Source: a metagenome. Taken from it: a DNA stretch of 32,000 bases. Below, piece by piece: positions 14,930-24,148 of the stretch. The position numbers and the translations under genes were made by a program. Each line of letters opens with the position of its first letter. The stretch's first letter is position 1. The notes beneath the pieces were generated by a model. That model was not told the origin of the DNA. It made no database searches and saw only the letters and a list, made by a program, of their open reading frames with translations. Location: the sequence record ERZ791625.292-NODE-292-length-40431-cov-5.146201, one strand, 5' to 3'.

Positions 14930-16147
14930 TTACAGGTTGAACGCGGCGGCGTACTTTTCTGTTGCAGACTTCATCTGCTGCAAGTCGGACTTCACATAGA
15001 AGTTCAGTGTCGTGCTTGCGTCTGCATGGCCTAAAATCTCCTGCACACTTTTAATGTCCGCACCTTGGGAAAGCAGCAGCGTTGCGCAGGAGTGCCGCAG
15101 ATCGTGCGGCGAGAGGTCGGGAAAGTCATTGTTCTTCATAAACCGCTTGACGCGCCTTGTCACCGAGTTCGGGTCACGGGGCAGGAAAATATCTTCCTTG
15201 TTTGGGAAAAGAAAAGCGTTCTTCAAAATGGTGTTCGGATGCTCCGCTTGCATCTGCCTTTTGTACTGTTGGAGCAGCGTCAATGTGCTTGGCATGACCG
15301 GAATTGTGCGGATGCTGTTCACGGTCTTTGGTGTGCTGATTACTACGCCGCTTTCCGGTGTGCAAGCAATACTCCGTTCAATCCTGATTGTGCTTTCGCG
15401 CTCGTTGATGTCGCTCCATTTCAGCCCCACGCACTCACCCCGCCGTATGCCTGTTGTTAGCAGCAGTTGAAGCATACAATGAAAATCGAGCGGACAATCG
15501 GGCAGCAGCTTGAAAAAGCGCGCCGCCTGTTCCTTTGTCATGGCATCGACGGGCCTTTTCTCTTTCTTGGGCGCGCTGACCTTTCGCATCGGATTTTGCG
15601 CTATCATTTCTTGCTGTTTGGCGTAGCCAAATATCAAATTAAGTGTTCCGTATTGATGGCGCAGCGTTTTAGCGGAAAGCGGCTTGCCCTGCTTGCCTTT
15701 GTACTCTGTGCGGAGATAGGCAAGATACTTTTGAATATCAATAGGACTGATTTCCTGCAAAACAGCGCCTTTGAAATACTCGTTTATCATGCGCGCCATG
15801 TTCTTATAAAAGGCTATGGTGTTCGGCTTGTCGTTCTCACCACGCACTTGCAAAGCAAACCATGTATCATTCACAAACGACACAAAATCATCCCGCCGCT
15901 TATCGGGCGGTAGGCGGTACGCGCTACCGAGTTTCTTTTGCTTCTGGTACTCTGCTTTGACTTCCTCTTCCCACGCATCCGCCGCACGTTCCGCCGCTTT
16001 TCTTGCCTTTGCTGGCGTCAAGTCGGCGGGCGCTGTCCAAGTTGTGTATTTTCTGATTTGCTTGCCGCGCACATCGCGCTCTAAACAGACGGTGAAGCGG
16101 AAAGAAATAACCTTGCCGTTTTTCTTGTTTTCTCGAATGTTCGCCAT
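14930..16147 (-). CDS. Tyrosine-type site-specific integrase (full length)
   Basis: Arm-binding N-terminus MANIRENKKNGKVISFRF. The catalytic region has ...LLLTTGIRRGECVGLKW..., ...SPHDLRHSCATLLLSQGADIKSVQEILGHADASTTLNFYV (the R, H-x-x-R and H/Y pattern). It lies directly downstream of tRNA-Pro. Confidence 0.9.
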   Translation of the reverse strand: MANIRENKKNGKVISFRFTVCLERDVRGKQIRKYTTWTAPADLTPAKARKAAERAADAWEEEVKAEYQKQKKLGSAYRLPPDKRRDDFVSFVNDTWFALQVRGENDKPNTIAFYKNMARMINEYFKGAVLQEISPIDIQKYLAYLRTEYKGKQGKPLSAKTLRHQYGTLNLIFGYAKQQEMIAQNPMRKVSAPKKEKRPVDAMTKEQAARFFKLLPDCPLDFHCMLQLLLTTGIRRGECVGLKWSDINERESTIRIERSIACTPESGVVISTPKTVNSIRTIPVMPSTLTLLQQYKRQMQAEHPNTILKNAFLFPNKEDIFLPRDPNSVTRRVKRFMKNNDFPDLSPHDLRHSCATLLLSQGADIKSVQEILGHADASTTLNFYVKSDLQQMKSATEKYAAAFNL

Positions 16148-16283
16148 TGAAACGCACCCTTTCATTTCTGACGTATCAATGACTTTCACGCGCTATTTTT
16201 GCAGTTGTGCGCTTTTTTGTGCGCTTTTGGAGTTTTCACGCATTTTCGCACTACACGTTTTACTCTCAGAAGTTGCAAAAAGT

Positions 16284-16362
16284 CTTGAAATCATGCGATT
16301 TCAAGACTTTTTATTGGTCCGAGTGGCGAGATTCGAACTCACGGCCTCATGGTCCCGAACCA
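16284..16362. repeat. Proximal att direct repeat (inside and downstream of intact tRNA-Pro)
   Basis: Partner of 11451-11529, with 78 of 79 positions identical. Confidence 0.9.
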
Positions 16363-16390
16363 TGCGCGCTACCAACTGCGCTACACCCGG
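16315..16390 (-). tRNA. tRNA-Pro (anticodon CGG), CCA encoded
   Basis: The reverse complement folds as a cloverleaf: acceptor CCGGGTG/CACTCGG, D arm GCGC-AGTTGGTA-GCGC, anticodon arm CATGG-TTCGGGA-CCATG, T arm GTGAG-TTCGAAT-CTCGC, discriminator A, then CCA. Confidence 0.9.
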
Positions 16391-16426
16391 ATATGAAATT
16401 GTGCGGCTCACGCCGCGAACAGTAGT

Positions 16427-16455
16427 ATTATATGAGCTTCCCCCCGTTCTGTCAA
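16427..16455 (-). promoter_or_regulatory. Near-consensus sigma70 promoter for tRNA-Pro
   Basis: On the minus strand, TTGACA (16455-16450), a 17-nt spacer, then TATAAT (16432-16427), about 35 nt upstream of the tRNA 5' end. Confidence 0.55.
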
Positions 16456-16470
16456 GAGGGAAATCCACAT

Positions 16471-16506
16471 TTTTCAAAAAGCCCCGCGGCGCGCGGCCGC
16501 AGGGCT
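16471..16506 (-). terminator. Terminator after tRNA-Sec
   Basis: On the minus strand, GCCCTGCGGCC gcgc GCCGCGGGGC followed by TTTTT. Confidence 0.55.
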
Positions 16507-16507
16507 C

Positions 16508-16604
16508 TGGCGGGAGCATGTGAGAATCGAACTCACCCGAGAGGCTCTTCACCCCTCTCACCGGTTTTGAAGACCGGGGGGCACACCAGCACCCATCTAC
16601 TCCC
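16508..16604 (-). tRNA. selC: tRNA-Sec (anticodon UCA)
   Basis: 97 nt. It has a 6-bp D stem with a 4-nt loop (GGGTGC-TGGT-GTGCCC), anticodon loop CTTCAAA, a long variable arm (GAGAGG...CCTCTC), T arm GTGAG-TTCGATT-CTCAC, and a GCCA end. It lies immediately downstream of selB and selA. Confidence 0.9.
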
Positions 16605-16628
16605 ATGTGAGAGGCGACAAAAGCCGCC

Positions 16629-18554
16629 TCATTTTTCTATCTTGCCAAACTGCGCGCCCGGCCTGCGGACATCACCCTCGCGGCGAAGAATGCCCCGACG
16701 GTCGTAATACTCCAGCACCAGCAGCGCGTGGTCGCGCGAGGTGCCGAGCGCGTCGCGGAATTCTCCCAGCGTGAGCGTGTCGTGCGTTTCGAACCACGCC
16801 TTCACCCTTGCGTCGACCGCATCCAAAACGCTTTTTTCGACGCAGAGCTCTGGCGCGAGCAGCACAAGCTCGCCGGCAGATAAAAGACTCTCAAGCACGC
16901 GCGCGCACTCCACGCGGTCTTTTTTGTCGAACAGCGCACAGAGCGCGTCCTGCTTTTTGCCAAGGATTCCAGCCGCGCGGCAGGTGCGCAGCAGCTCTTC
17001 CCGGATGGCGCTCTGCCGCTTGGTCAGATGCACGGAAAAGTCCGCAAGCGCACAGCGCTCCGCCGTCAGCGTGAGTTTTCCCTCGCGCGCAAAGCAGGCG
17101 AGGATCGCGTCCGCATTTTCCCGTGCTTTGCCGCGCAGAAGCCGCTGCCGCGCCTCGGCGAGGCGCATGCCCGTGTGCAGCGGATGTTCGCGGTGGTACT
17201 TTGTCAGCATCGTCTCACAGTCTGTCCACAGCCTGTCCAGCGTCGACGATGTAAGATAGCGCGACGGCGCGATCTCGACGAGCTTTCCCCGCGCACAAAG
17301 CACGGCGAGCATTTCCACCAGTTTTTCTTCCGGTTCATCGAAGCACGCGGCAAGGTCCGCAAGTGTCATGCCATCCGCGCCGTGCTCGCCGACGGCCTGC
17401 ACGAGCTTTGCCTCGTCCGATCCGCTCTCGCGCACGTCGAGCGAGGCGATCACGCGCGCATCGTTTCGCTTGTGCCGGTACGGATGCTCGTCCAGGATCA
17501 TCCCGCCGCCGACGGTCTCGAGCGGCGAGTAGAAGCGCACGACAAAGCGGTCGCCCTGCCGCGCGGCGAGCGCTTCGCTCAGCCGCAGCTGGGCATAGCA
17601 GCTCTCGCCCGGACGCAGCGCGTCGCGGTCCAGCAGCACCGCCTTTGCAAGGCGCACCGCCGCGCCGTGGTAGAGGTGCAGGCGCGAGCCGCTCTCGATG
17701 ATCCGCTTAGAATCCGGCAGATTTTGCAGTTTCACGTCCAGCATCAGCGACGGCTGCATCGAATCCGGCCTGCACAGCACATCGCCGCGGCTGATGCTCT
17801 CTTTTTTGATGCCCGCTAAGTTGACCGCCGCGCGCTGTCCGGCGTACACCGCCGACACGTCGCGCCCGTGCACCTGCAAATTGCGCACGCGGCACTTACT
17901 CCCGAGCGGCATGAGCTGCGCCTCGTCGCCGACGGCGATGTGCCCGTCGATGAGCGTGCCGGTGACGATCGTGCCGAAGCCGTCGACGGAAAACACGCGG
18001 TCAATGGGCAGGCGGAACGGCGTGCGCGCGCTCTTTTCCTCCGCGTGCAGTGTCAAGTCGTGCAGTGCTTCGCGCAGTGCCTCAACGCCTTCGCCCGTGC
18101 GGACGGACGTGCGCAGGATTGGCTTATCCTCTAAAAACGTGTCCTTGACGCGGCTTTTGACGTCCTCTTCGAGCATGTTCAGCCAGTCCTCGTCGACTAA
18201 GTCGGTCTTTGTCAGCACGATGAGTCCGTCCTTCACACCGAGCAGCTGCAGGATGTCCAGATGCTCGACTGTCTGCGGCATAAAGCCCTCATCCGCCGCC
18301 ACAACGAGCATCGCAAGGTCGACGCCGCCCGCACCGGCAAGCATATTTTTGATGAACCTCTCATGCCCCGGCACATCGACGATGCTCGCACTTCCGCCAT
18401 CTGAAAAATCAAGACGTGCAAAGCCCGGTTCGATCGTAATGCCGCGCCGCTTTTCTTCGGCCAACCGGTCGGTGTCCACGCCCGTGAGCGCCTTGACGAG
18501 CTCGGTCTTGCCGTGGTCGACATGACCCGCCGTGCCGATGATAACATGCTTCAT
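16629..18554 (-). CDS. selB: Selenocysteine-specific translation elongation factor SelB
   Basis: [25 protein letters not shown] (G1), DVPGHERF (G3) and TKTDL (G4), plus a long winged-helix C-terminal extension. The ATG at 18554 overlaps the selA stop (ATGA). The ORF-track start at 18620 lies inside selA. Confidence 0.9.
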   Translation of the reverse strand: MKHVIIGTAGHVDHGKTELVKALTGVDTDRLAEEKRRGITIEPGFARLDFSDGGSASIVDVPGHERFIKNMLAGAGGVDLAMLVVAADEGFMPQTVEHLDILQLLGVKDGLIVLTKTDLVDEDWLNMLEEDVKSRVKDTFLEDKPILRTSVRTGEGVEALREALHDLTLHAEEKSARTPFRLPIDRVFSVDGFGTIVTGTLIDGHIAVGDEAQLMPLGSKCRVRNLQVHGRDVSAVYAGQRAAVNLAGIKKESISRGDVLCRPDSMQPSLMLDVKLQNLPDSKRIIESGSRLHLYHGAAVRLAKAVLLDRDALRPGESCYAQLRLSEALAARQGDRFVVRFYSPLETVGGGMILDEHPYRHKRNDARVIASLDVRESGSDEAKLVQAVGEHGADGMTLADLAACFDEPEEKLVEMLAVLCARGKLVEIAPSRYLTSSTLDRLWTDCETMLTKYHREHPLHTGMRLAEARQRLLRGKARENADAILACFAREGKLTLTAERCALADFSVHLTKRQSAIREELLRTCRAAGILGKKQDALCALFDKKDRVECARVLESLLSAGELVLLAPELCVEKSVLDAVDARVKAWFETHDTLTLGEFRDALGTSRDHALLVLEYYDRRGILRREGDVRRPGAQFGKIEK

Positions 18555-19951
18555 CGGATGGCCTCCGCAGCCGCCGCGGCGATCTCGGCAAAGTCTTCCT
18601 CTCGAATCGTGCGCACGCACAGCAAATACTGCCTGCGGTGGATACGCGCGACGATGGGCTTGGCGCGAAGGCGCAGCTTCTCTTCCAGTTCATCCACGCT
18701 GAGCCTCCCCGGCTCGATCGCGACGGCCCAGCCGCTGAGCTCCTGCGCCGGAGCGCTGCCGCCGCCGACAGCGTCGCCCGTCCACACGAGCTGCGGGGAA
18801 ACGCCCGTGTCCGCGAGCGCCTTTTGCAGCCGCAGCGCCTTGGCGTGCAGCTCATCCTCGCTCGCCGACAGCATCGCGAGCGTCGGGATCTCTCGCACGG
18901 CGATCTCGGCATCCAGATAGGCGCTGAGCGTCGCGTGCAGCGCGGCAAGCGTCATCTTGTCGAGCCGCAGCGCCCGCGCAAGCGGGTGCTTTTTGATCCG
19001 TTTGATGTACTCCCTTTTGCCGACGATCAGCCCCGCCTGCGGGCCGCCGAGCAGCTTGTCGCCCGAAAACGACGCAACGTCCACACCAGCGTGCAGACTT
19101 CTCTGCACCGTCGGTTCGCCGCGGATGCCAAACGGTTCGAGGTCGACGATCGCCCCGCTGCCGAGGTCTTCAATGAGCGGCAGGCCGTGCCCATGCGCGA
19201 TCTCCGCCAGCTCCTCCCGCGGTACGGATTCGGTAAAGCCCACGATGCGGTAGTTGCTTGTGTGCACCTTCAAAAGCGCTCTCGTCTGCTCGCCGATGGC
19301 GGCTTCATAGTCGCGCCGGTGCGTCTTGTTCGTCGCGCCGACCTCGCACAGCGTGCAGCCGCACTGCGTCACGATCTCCGGAATGCGGAACGAGCCGCCG
19401 ATCTCGACGAGCTCGCCGCGCGAGGCGATGACCTCTCCCCCGCCCGCGAGCGCGGACAGGATGAGCAGCACCGCCGCGGCGTTGTTGTTCACGGCCATCG
19501 CCGCCTCCGCACCCGTCAGGCGGCACAAAAGCGCCTCCACGTGCTGATAGCGCGAGCCGCGGCAGCCGTTTTCCACATCGTATTCAAGCGTCGAATAATC
19601 TCTCGCTGCCTCTGCCGCGGCGTTCGCCGCGCGCTCGCTCAGGCAGGCGCGGCCAAGGTTCGTGTGCAGCGTCACGCCGGTCGCGTTGATGACCGGTCGC
19701 AGCGTCGGCAGCTGCTTTACCTCTGCACGTGCCAGAATGCGCGCGCAGAGTATGCCTGTCTCCGGCAGCGCGGAAAGGCCGCCGCGCACTTCGTCTCGCA
19801 GCGCGTCCAGCTCCTCGCGCACGCTCTCGCGCAGCAGCACCGGCGGCAGCGCCGACACCTTGAGCTCGTCCCGACCGAGCAGCTCGTCCACCCGCGGGAT
19901 GGAACGAAACAGATTTTCTTCCACGCTTTTTTCCCCCCCCGCGCCCGACAC
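18551..19951 (-). CDS. selA: L-seryl-tRNA(Sec) selenium transferase SelA
   Basis: The N-terminus reads ...FRSIPRVDELL... The PLP-enzyme core includes ...DVASFSGDKLLGGPQAG... (the PLP lysine context). Synteny with selB and selC supports the call. Confidence 0.9.
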   Translation of the reverse strand: MSGAGGEKSVEENLFRSIPRVDELLGRDELKVSALPPVLLRESVREELDALRDEVRGGLSALPETGILCARILARAEVKQLPTLRPVINATGVTLHTNLGRACLSERAANAAAEAARDYSTLEYDVENGCRGSRYQHVEALLCRLTGAEAAMAVNNNAAAVLLILSALAGGGEVIASRGELVEIGGSFRIPEIVTQCGCTLCEVGATNKTHRRDYEAAIGEQTRALLKVHTSNYRIVGFTESVPREELAEIAHGHGLPLIEDLGSGAIVDLEPFGIRGEPTVQRSLHAGVDVASFSGDKLLGGPQAGLIVGKREYIKRIKKHPLARALRLDKMTLAALHATLSAYLDAEIAVREIPTLAMLSASEDELHAKALRLQKALADTGVSPQLVWTGDAVGGGSAPAQELSGWAVAIEPGRLSVDELEEKLRLRAKPIVARIHRRQYLLCVRTIREEDFAEIAAAAAEAIR

Positions 19952-20017
19952 GCAGTGCGTCGGGCGCCAGTTCTCCAGTTTGCCTTTACCCTATCAGAAA
20001 GGCCTTCGCCCGTCAAG

Positions 20018-20064
20018 AAAAACCAGAACCGTTCGCTGAATCAGCCATGCAGTTCTGGTTTTTC
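20018..20064 (-). terminator. Terminator-like hairpin downstream of the S51 peptidase gene
   Basis: AAAAACCAGAAC ... GTTCTGGTTTTT, with an inner GCTGA-a-TCAGC hairpin. It is symmetrical, with A/T runs on both sides. Confidence 0.55.
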
Positions 20065-20207
20065 TATTGTTCACAAGAGCGCGGATCGTCCCGTGGCCGC
20101 AAATTTTCAATTCTTGAAAATTTCTGTCTCTTTGGGACAGCTTCCTGTCGGGGCGTGCCCGCCTCAAGCCCTGTTGGGATCAAGTACGGCAAACTGGAAC
20201 TTTCAAA

Positions 20208-20813
20208 TTAGTCTTTGCAAACAACCTTTGAACCTTCACCATCAATTACAATTCCCTGACGGTTGTTAATTGGGAATAGATTCAAATCCGAAAATTCAGT
20301 CATTATTTTCTCGGTAACTTTCTTAAATGGTGCTGTAAGATAATGCGGAAGAACATAGAAATCAATCAAATCAAGCCCTGCATCATCTTCTTGTGAGTAG
20401 TCCTCCGGCTTTTCATCCATTTGTTCAATATATTGGATAGTTGGAGCGCATATAATCGCACCTGCCGATTCACCGATCATCAGTTTTCCCTTTTCCAATT
20501 CCTTCTTCAATAGCTCATCCGTTCCTGTTTTACGGAGCTGGTCCATAAGGAAGAAAGAATTTCCACCAGTAAAATATATCACATCCGCATCTTCAAAAAC
20601 AGACTGTATCGTTAAATAAGCCTCCGTTGAAATATCAATTTCAGTTACGGCTGCTCCCAGTTTATTGAATAGCTTTCGAGCCGAGCCGACATAACCGGTA
20701 TAGCCTTCACGCAGCGAAGCTGTGGGAATAAATGCAACTTTCTTGTTATCAATTTCTTCTTTTATCAAACTTCCTACACTTGAAAAGTGCGAACATAAAA
20801 ATAGTTTCATCAA
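20208..20813 (-). CDS. Peptidase E-like S51 family dipeptidase (class I glutamine-amidotransferase-like fold)
   Basis: KKVAFIPTAS..., DVIYFTGGNSFFL and GESAGAII (nucleophile Ser context) are typical of S51/PepE-like proteins. The gene is strikingly AT-rich compared with both neighbours. Confidence 0.7.
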   Translation of the reverse strand: MMKLFLCSHFSSVGSLIKEEIDNKKVAFIPTASLREGYTGYVGSARKLFNKLGAAVTEIDISTEAYLTIQSVFEDADVIYFTGGNSFFLMDQLRKTGTDELLKKELEKGKLMIGESAGAIICAPTIQYIEQMDEKPEDYSQEDDAGLDLIDFYVLPHYLTAPFKKVTEKIMTEFSDLNLFPINNRQGIVIDGEGSKVVCKD

Positions 20814-20927
20814 TATTCTCCTTTATAAATTCCAGTTTGTTGAGCCGAGTATACCATATTTCTCAACGAAAGAACATTCTTATATACGAGAACCTGACCG
20901 TTTTACTGCGTACAGAACCCCGATCTG

Positions 20928-20973
20928 CAAAAAGCCCCATGCGCGACACCTTGACAGCGCGAACATGGGGCTT
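20928..20973 (-). terminator. Terminator after the membrane-protein gene
   Basis: On the minus strand, AGCCCCATG ... CATGGGGCT followed by TTTTT. Confidence 0.55.
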
Positions 20974-21004
20974 GATATTTCCTTGACCTATCCGCTTTTT
21001 TATT

Positions 21005-21799
21005 TTACCGCGCTGAGCAATTTATCCTCTTTCCGCTTTTTGAGCATGATTGGCAGTCCATCAGCGCGAACACCGCCACGAGCAGCACGGGGAAGCCGAT
21101 CCAGTGGTAGCCGACATGGTCGCGGAACCACGCGAGCGGATTGCCGTCCGGCGCGTACATCAGAAACATGAAATTCGTATCGAGCAGCAGGTTGACGCAA
21201 TAAATCGGCACCGCCATGGCCAGCAGCAGCAAGAAGCACTTGCCCATGTACCTGACGCTCGGCCGGATGTCGCCGCCTGAAAACAACATGATGGGATAGG
21301 CCGCGAGCAGGATATGCACGCTCGTCGAATGCCAGAACATGAAGTTCGCCGCCGGAAGCGACGTCCACGTCGGGAACAGCAGTGCCGCCGTCGCCGCGGG
21401 GATACAGATAAAATAGAGGAAATTGTCGAGCAGCCTGCTCGGCTTCCATGCGTGCAGCGCGATAAGGAAAATGTTGATCGAGCACAGGTGCAGCGGCAGA
21501 TAGTCCCAGTTGAAATTCCCGCCGATCCGCAAACCGATCTGTTTGAACGCCTCGTCCGCGAGCAGGAGAACGGCAAAGAGCCCCCGCAGCTGCGCCCGCT
21601 TCTTCTCGTCCGCCGCCTTGTAGAGCTTGCAGCTCAGCGCGGCAAAGCCGATATACAGCGCAAGCGTCACCAGATGCCGCGCGCCGAAGAGCGAAAAGCC
21701 AAAGCCCTCGCCGATCGTATCCACCGTATCCCAAAAGTGCTCCACTTGATCCAGCCTCCGCAAATTTGTTGTCCCTGCCAGCATATCATACGGCGGCAA
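21005..21799 (-). CDS. Integral membrane protein, YwaF/TIGR02206-like (tentative)
   Basis: Multi-pass hydrophobic profile. The motifs FSLFGARHLVTL, NFNWDYLPLHLCSINIFL and FMFWHSTSVH resemble the YwaF family. The start codon is uncertain (21799 or 21784). Confidence 0.55.
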   Translation of the reverse strand: MPPYDMLAGTTNLRRLDQVEHFWDTVDTIGEGFGFSLFGARHLVTLALYIGFAALSCKLYKAADEKKRAQLRGLFAVLLLADEAFKQIGLRIGGNFNWDYLPLHLCSINIFLIALHAWKPSRLLDNFLYFICIPAATAALLFPTWTSLPAANFMFWHSTSVHILLAAYPIMLFSGGDIRPSVRYMGKCFLLLLAMAVPIYCVNLLLDTNFMFLMYAPDGNPLAWFRDHVGYHWIGFPVLLVAVFALMDCQSCSKSGKRINCSAR

Positions 21800-21827
21800 A
21801 AATACACCTGAAAATTTCTTTAAGATT

Positions 21828-23428
21828 TCAGTATCCCATCCGCGCTCCCAGCATCTCGCCGCTGCTGCCGCCGCGGTACACGCCGTTTTCGATCACACGC
21901 TCGCCGAGCACGAATACCTCGTCAAAGCCCGTCGCGGGCACGTTGGGCCGCGCGTACGTGCCCTGCTCATGGATATTTTCGGGCGAGAAGAGCAAAAGGT
22001 CCGCGTCCATGCCCGCCGCGATGACGCCCTTTTTCTCAAAGCCGAAGCGGTCCGCCGCATGCCCCGTCACCTTGTGCACAGCCTGCTCGAGCGTGAGCAC
22101 GCGCTCCTGCACGACGTATTTTTCAATGAGCCGCGCGAATGTGCCGTACACGCGCGGGTGGACACGCCCGCCGCTGGGGTACGTCGCATCCGAAATGACG
22201 CCCGAGAACGGCGTGCGCAGGATATCCCGCACGTCCTCCTCGTCTGAAATGTAGTCGATCATCCCCGTATTGCACTGTTCCGCTGCCAGCAGGTCGAAGA
22301 GCGCGTCGAACGGGTCTTTTTGAAGCGTCCGCGCGATCTCGGCGATGCTCTTTCCTCAAAGCGGCGGTATTCGTCCATCTGAAGCCCGATGGCGATCACA
22401 TTGTCAAAGCCGACGAGCAGCGTGATGTTCTCAAAGTCGCTGCCCGCCTCCATCCGCGCGCGCATTTCCTTTCGCGCAGCATCGTCGAGCAGGCGCTTGG
22501 TCAGCGCCTCCGTGCCGCCCTCCTGGAATTCCGGCGGCAGCACGTGGATAAGCTGTGTCGAGCCCGCAGTGTAGGGGTACACGTCGCACATGACGTCAAG
22601 CCCGTCCTCCCGCGCCCTTTCAATCAGCGAGAGCATCTCCGGCACGGTCTTTCGTGCGTTGCGCCCTCCGATGGCCTTGAGATGGCTGACCTCCAGCGGC
22701 GTTTGCAGCGCGCGGGCGACCTCGAGCATTTCGCGCAGCGCATCGACGACGCCGTCGCCCTCCTGACGCATATGGACGCAGATGGGCACGCCGCTCCGGT
22801 GCAGCGGCGCGAGCGCGCGGATGAGCCCGTCGGTCGAGTAAAAGATCTCCGGCGCGTAGCCAAGGCCGAGCGACACGCCGCACGCACCGTCGGCCAGCGC
22901 CACTTCCATGTGATAGTGCAGATCGCGCAGCTCGAGCGGTGACAAATCTCCCGTCGTGAAGCCCGCGGCAAGCGTGCGCAGCGTGCCCATGCCGATGAGT
23001 TCCGCGCACGAGAGCGGCAGTTCCCGCCCCTGCGCCGCCTTGAAATAGCTGTCAATGGACGCAAAGCGCAGCTCCGGCGGGATGTTCCCCGTGATGGGCG
23101 CGAGGTATTTCGCGCACTCGTCCGCGTGCGCGCCCGAGAGCGGCGCGAGCGACATGCCGCAGTTGCCGTTCACAAGCGTCGTGAGGCCCTGGCAGAGCTC
23201 CGCCTCGCCAAAGCCTTCGCGGAACAGCGCCGCGTCGGCGTGGCGGTGCATGTCGATAAAGCCCGGCGTCAGGACGCGGCCCGCGGCCTCGATGGTCTCG
23301 AACGCCTGCGCACCTGATAAATTTCCGACCGCTTCGATCATGCCGTCCAAAATGCCGACGTCCGCTGTGAACGCCGCCTTTCCCGTGCCGTCGACGATCT
23401 TCGCGCCGCGGATCAACGTATCCAGCAT
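21828..23428 (-). pseudogene. N-acyl-D-amino-acid deacylase (D-aminoacylase, amidohydrolase superfamily) with a frameshift
   Basis: The start MLDTLIRGAKIVDGTG follows AGAGGTGA. The metal site is TPGFIDMHRHAD. Two ORFs (22259-23458 and 21828-22262) join into one protein if one G is added near 22355 (FEGKSIAEIARTLQKDPFDALFDLLAAEQCNTGMIDYISDE...). Confidence 0.75.
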
Positions 23429-23547
23429 GTATATCACCTCTTTTTTGCAGTCTACCACACCCCACGCCCGCTTGGCAAGGTCATTTCCCCTTGCAATCTG
23501 CCGTGCCGCAGGGTATACTGTGGAAAACGCAAAAAAGGAGCGCTTCC

Positions 23548-23859
23548 ATGAATAAGAAAGACCGCATCCACGACTGGCGCAAGCTCAAGTGGCCGTTCAC
23601 CGCCACGTTTTTATATTACTCTCTCCTCTCGCTCTACACCGGCACCGCCGAGCAGAGCGAGCAGGGCTTTCTCGTCATGTTCCTCACGGTTTTGATCGTG
23701 GACGCCGTGGCGTATTTTTCCTACTGCTATTTCCTCTGCAAAAAAGAGGAGAACATGCAGAAGCTCTGGTTCGTCTTCATTCTGGCCTATGTGCTCATCT
23801 CCACACAGCAGCTCTCCATCCTCTGGCAGATGATGACGGCGCATGTGATCGGCGCGTAA
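23548..23859 (+). CDS. Small membrane protein, function unknown
   Basis: MNKK start after AAAAAGGAG. Three hydrophobic segments. Confidence 0.5.
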   Translation: MNKKDRIHDWRKLKWPFTATFLYYSLLSLYTGTAEQSEQGFLVMFLTVLIVDAVAYFSYCYFLCKKEENMQKLWFVFILAYVLISTQQLSILWQMMTAHVIGA

Positions 23860-23890
23860 GCGTATTTTTCTTCTAAATATCGTCTATTTG

Positions 23891-23926
23891 AACGTCCTTT
23901 CCATCGGGAAAGGACGTTTTCTTTCA
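23891..23926 (+). terminator. Rho-independent terminator
   Basis: AACGTCCTTTCC atcg GGAAAGGACGTT followed by TTCTTTC. Confidence 0.65.
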
Positions 23927-24148
23927 TTTTGTCTTCTGTGACATTTGCGTGCCACTGTCTGAAAATCTGATACGCGGCTCCTTTTGTCCATAGTTTTCGG
24001 CAGTTTCCTTTGTTAAGTTGGTGTTAACGAGGAGAGCGTCCCCTTCTCGCGCCGTGAACAAAAAAGTTTACACCCTGCCCATTGAAAGCGCGGCGCTTCT
24101 TTGCTATGCTTTTCCTGCAAGCCCGCATTTTTCCGTGTGGGACAAGAA

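Larger units (their letters stand above)
11451..16362 (-). mobile_element. About 4.9 kb integrative mini-island inserted in the 3' end of tRNA-Pro
   Basis: It is bounded by 79-bp direct repeats and has an integrase next to the tRNA. It is visibly more AT-rich than the core. It carries divergent regulatory and replication-like modules. Confidence 0.75.

Noticed and set aside
16629-18620. ORF-track start of selB at 18620, which adds 22 N-terminal residues.
   Set aside because: The extension lies inside selA and is Arg/Gly-rich. The ATG at 18554 gives the canonical [17 protein letters not shown] start and overlaps the selA stop (ATGA).
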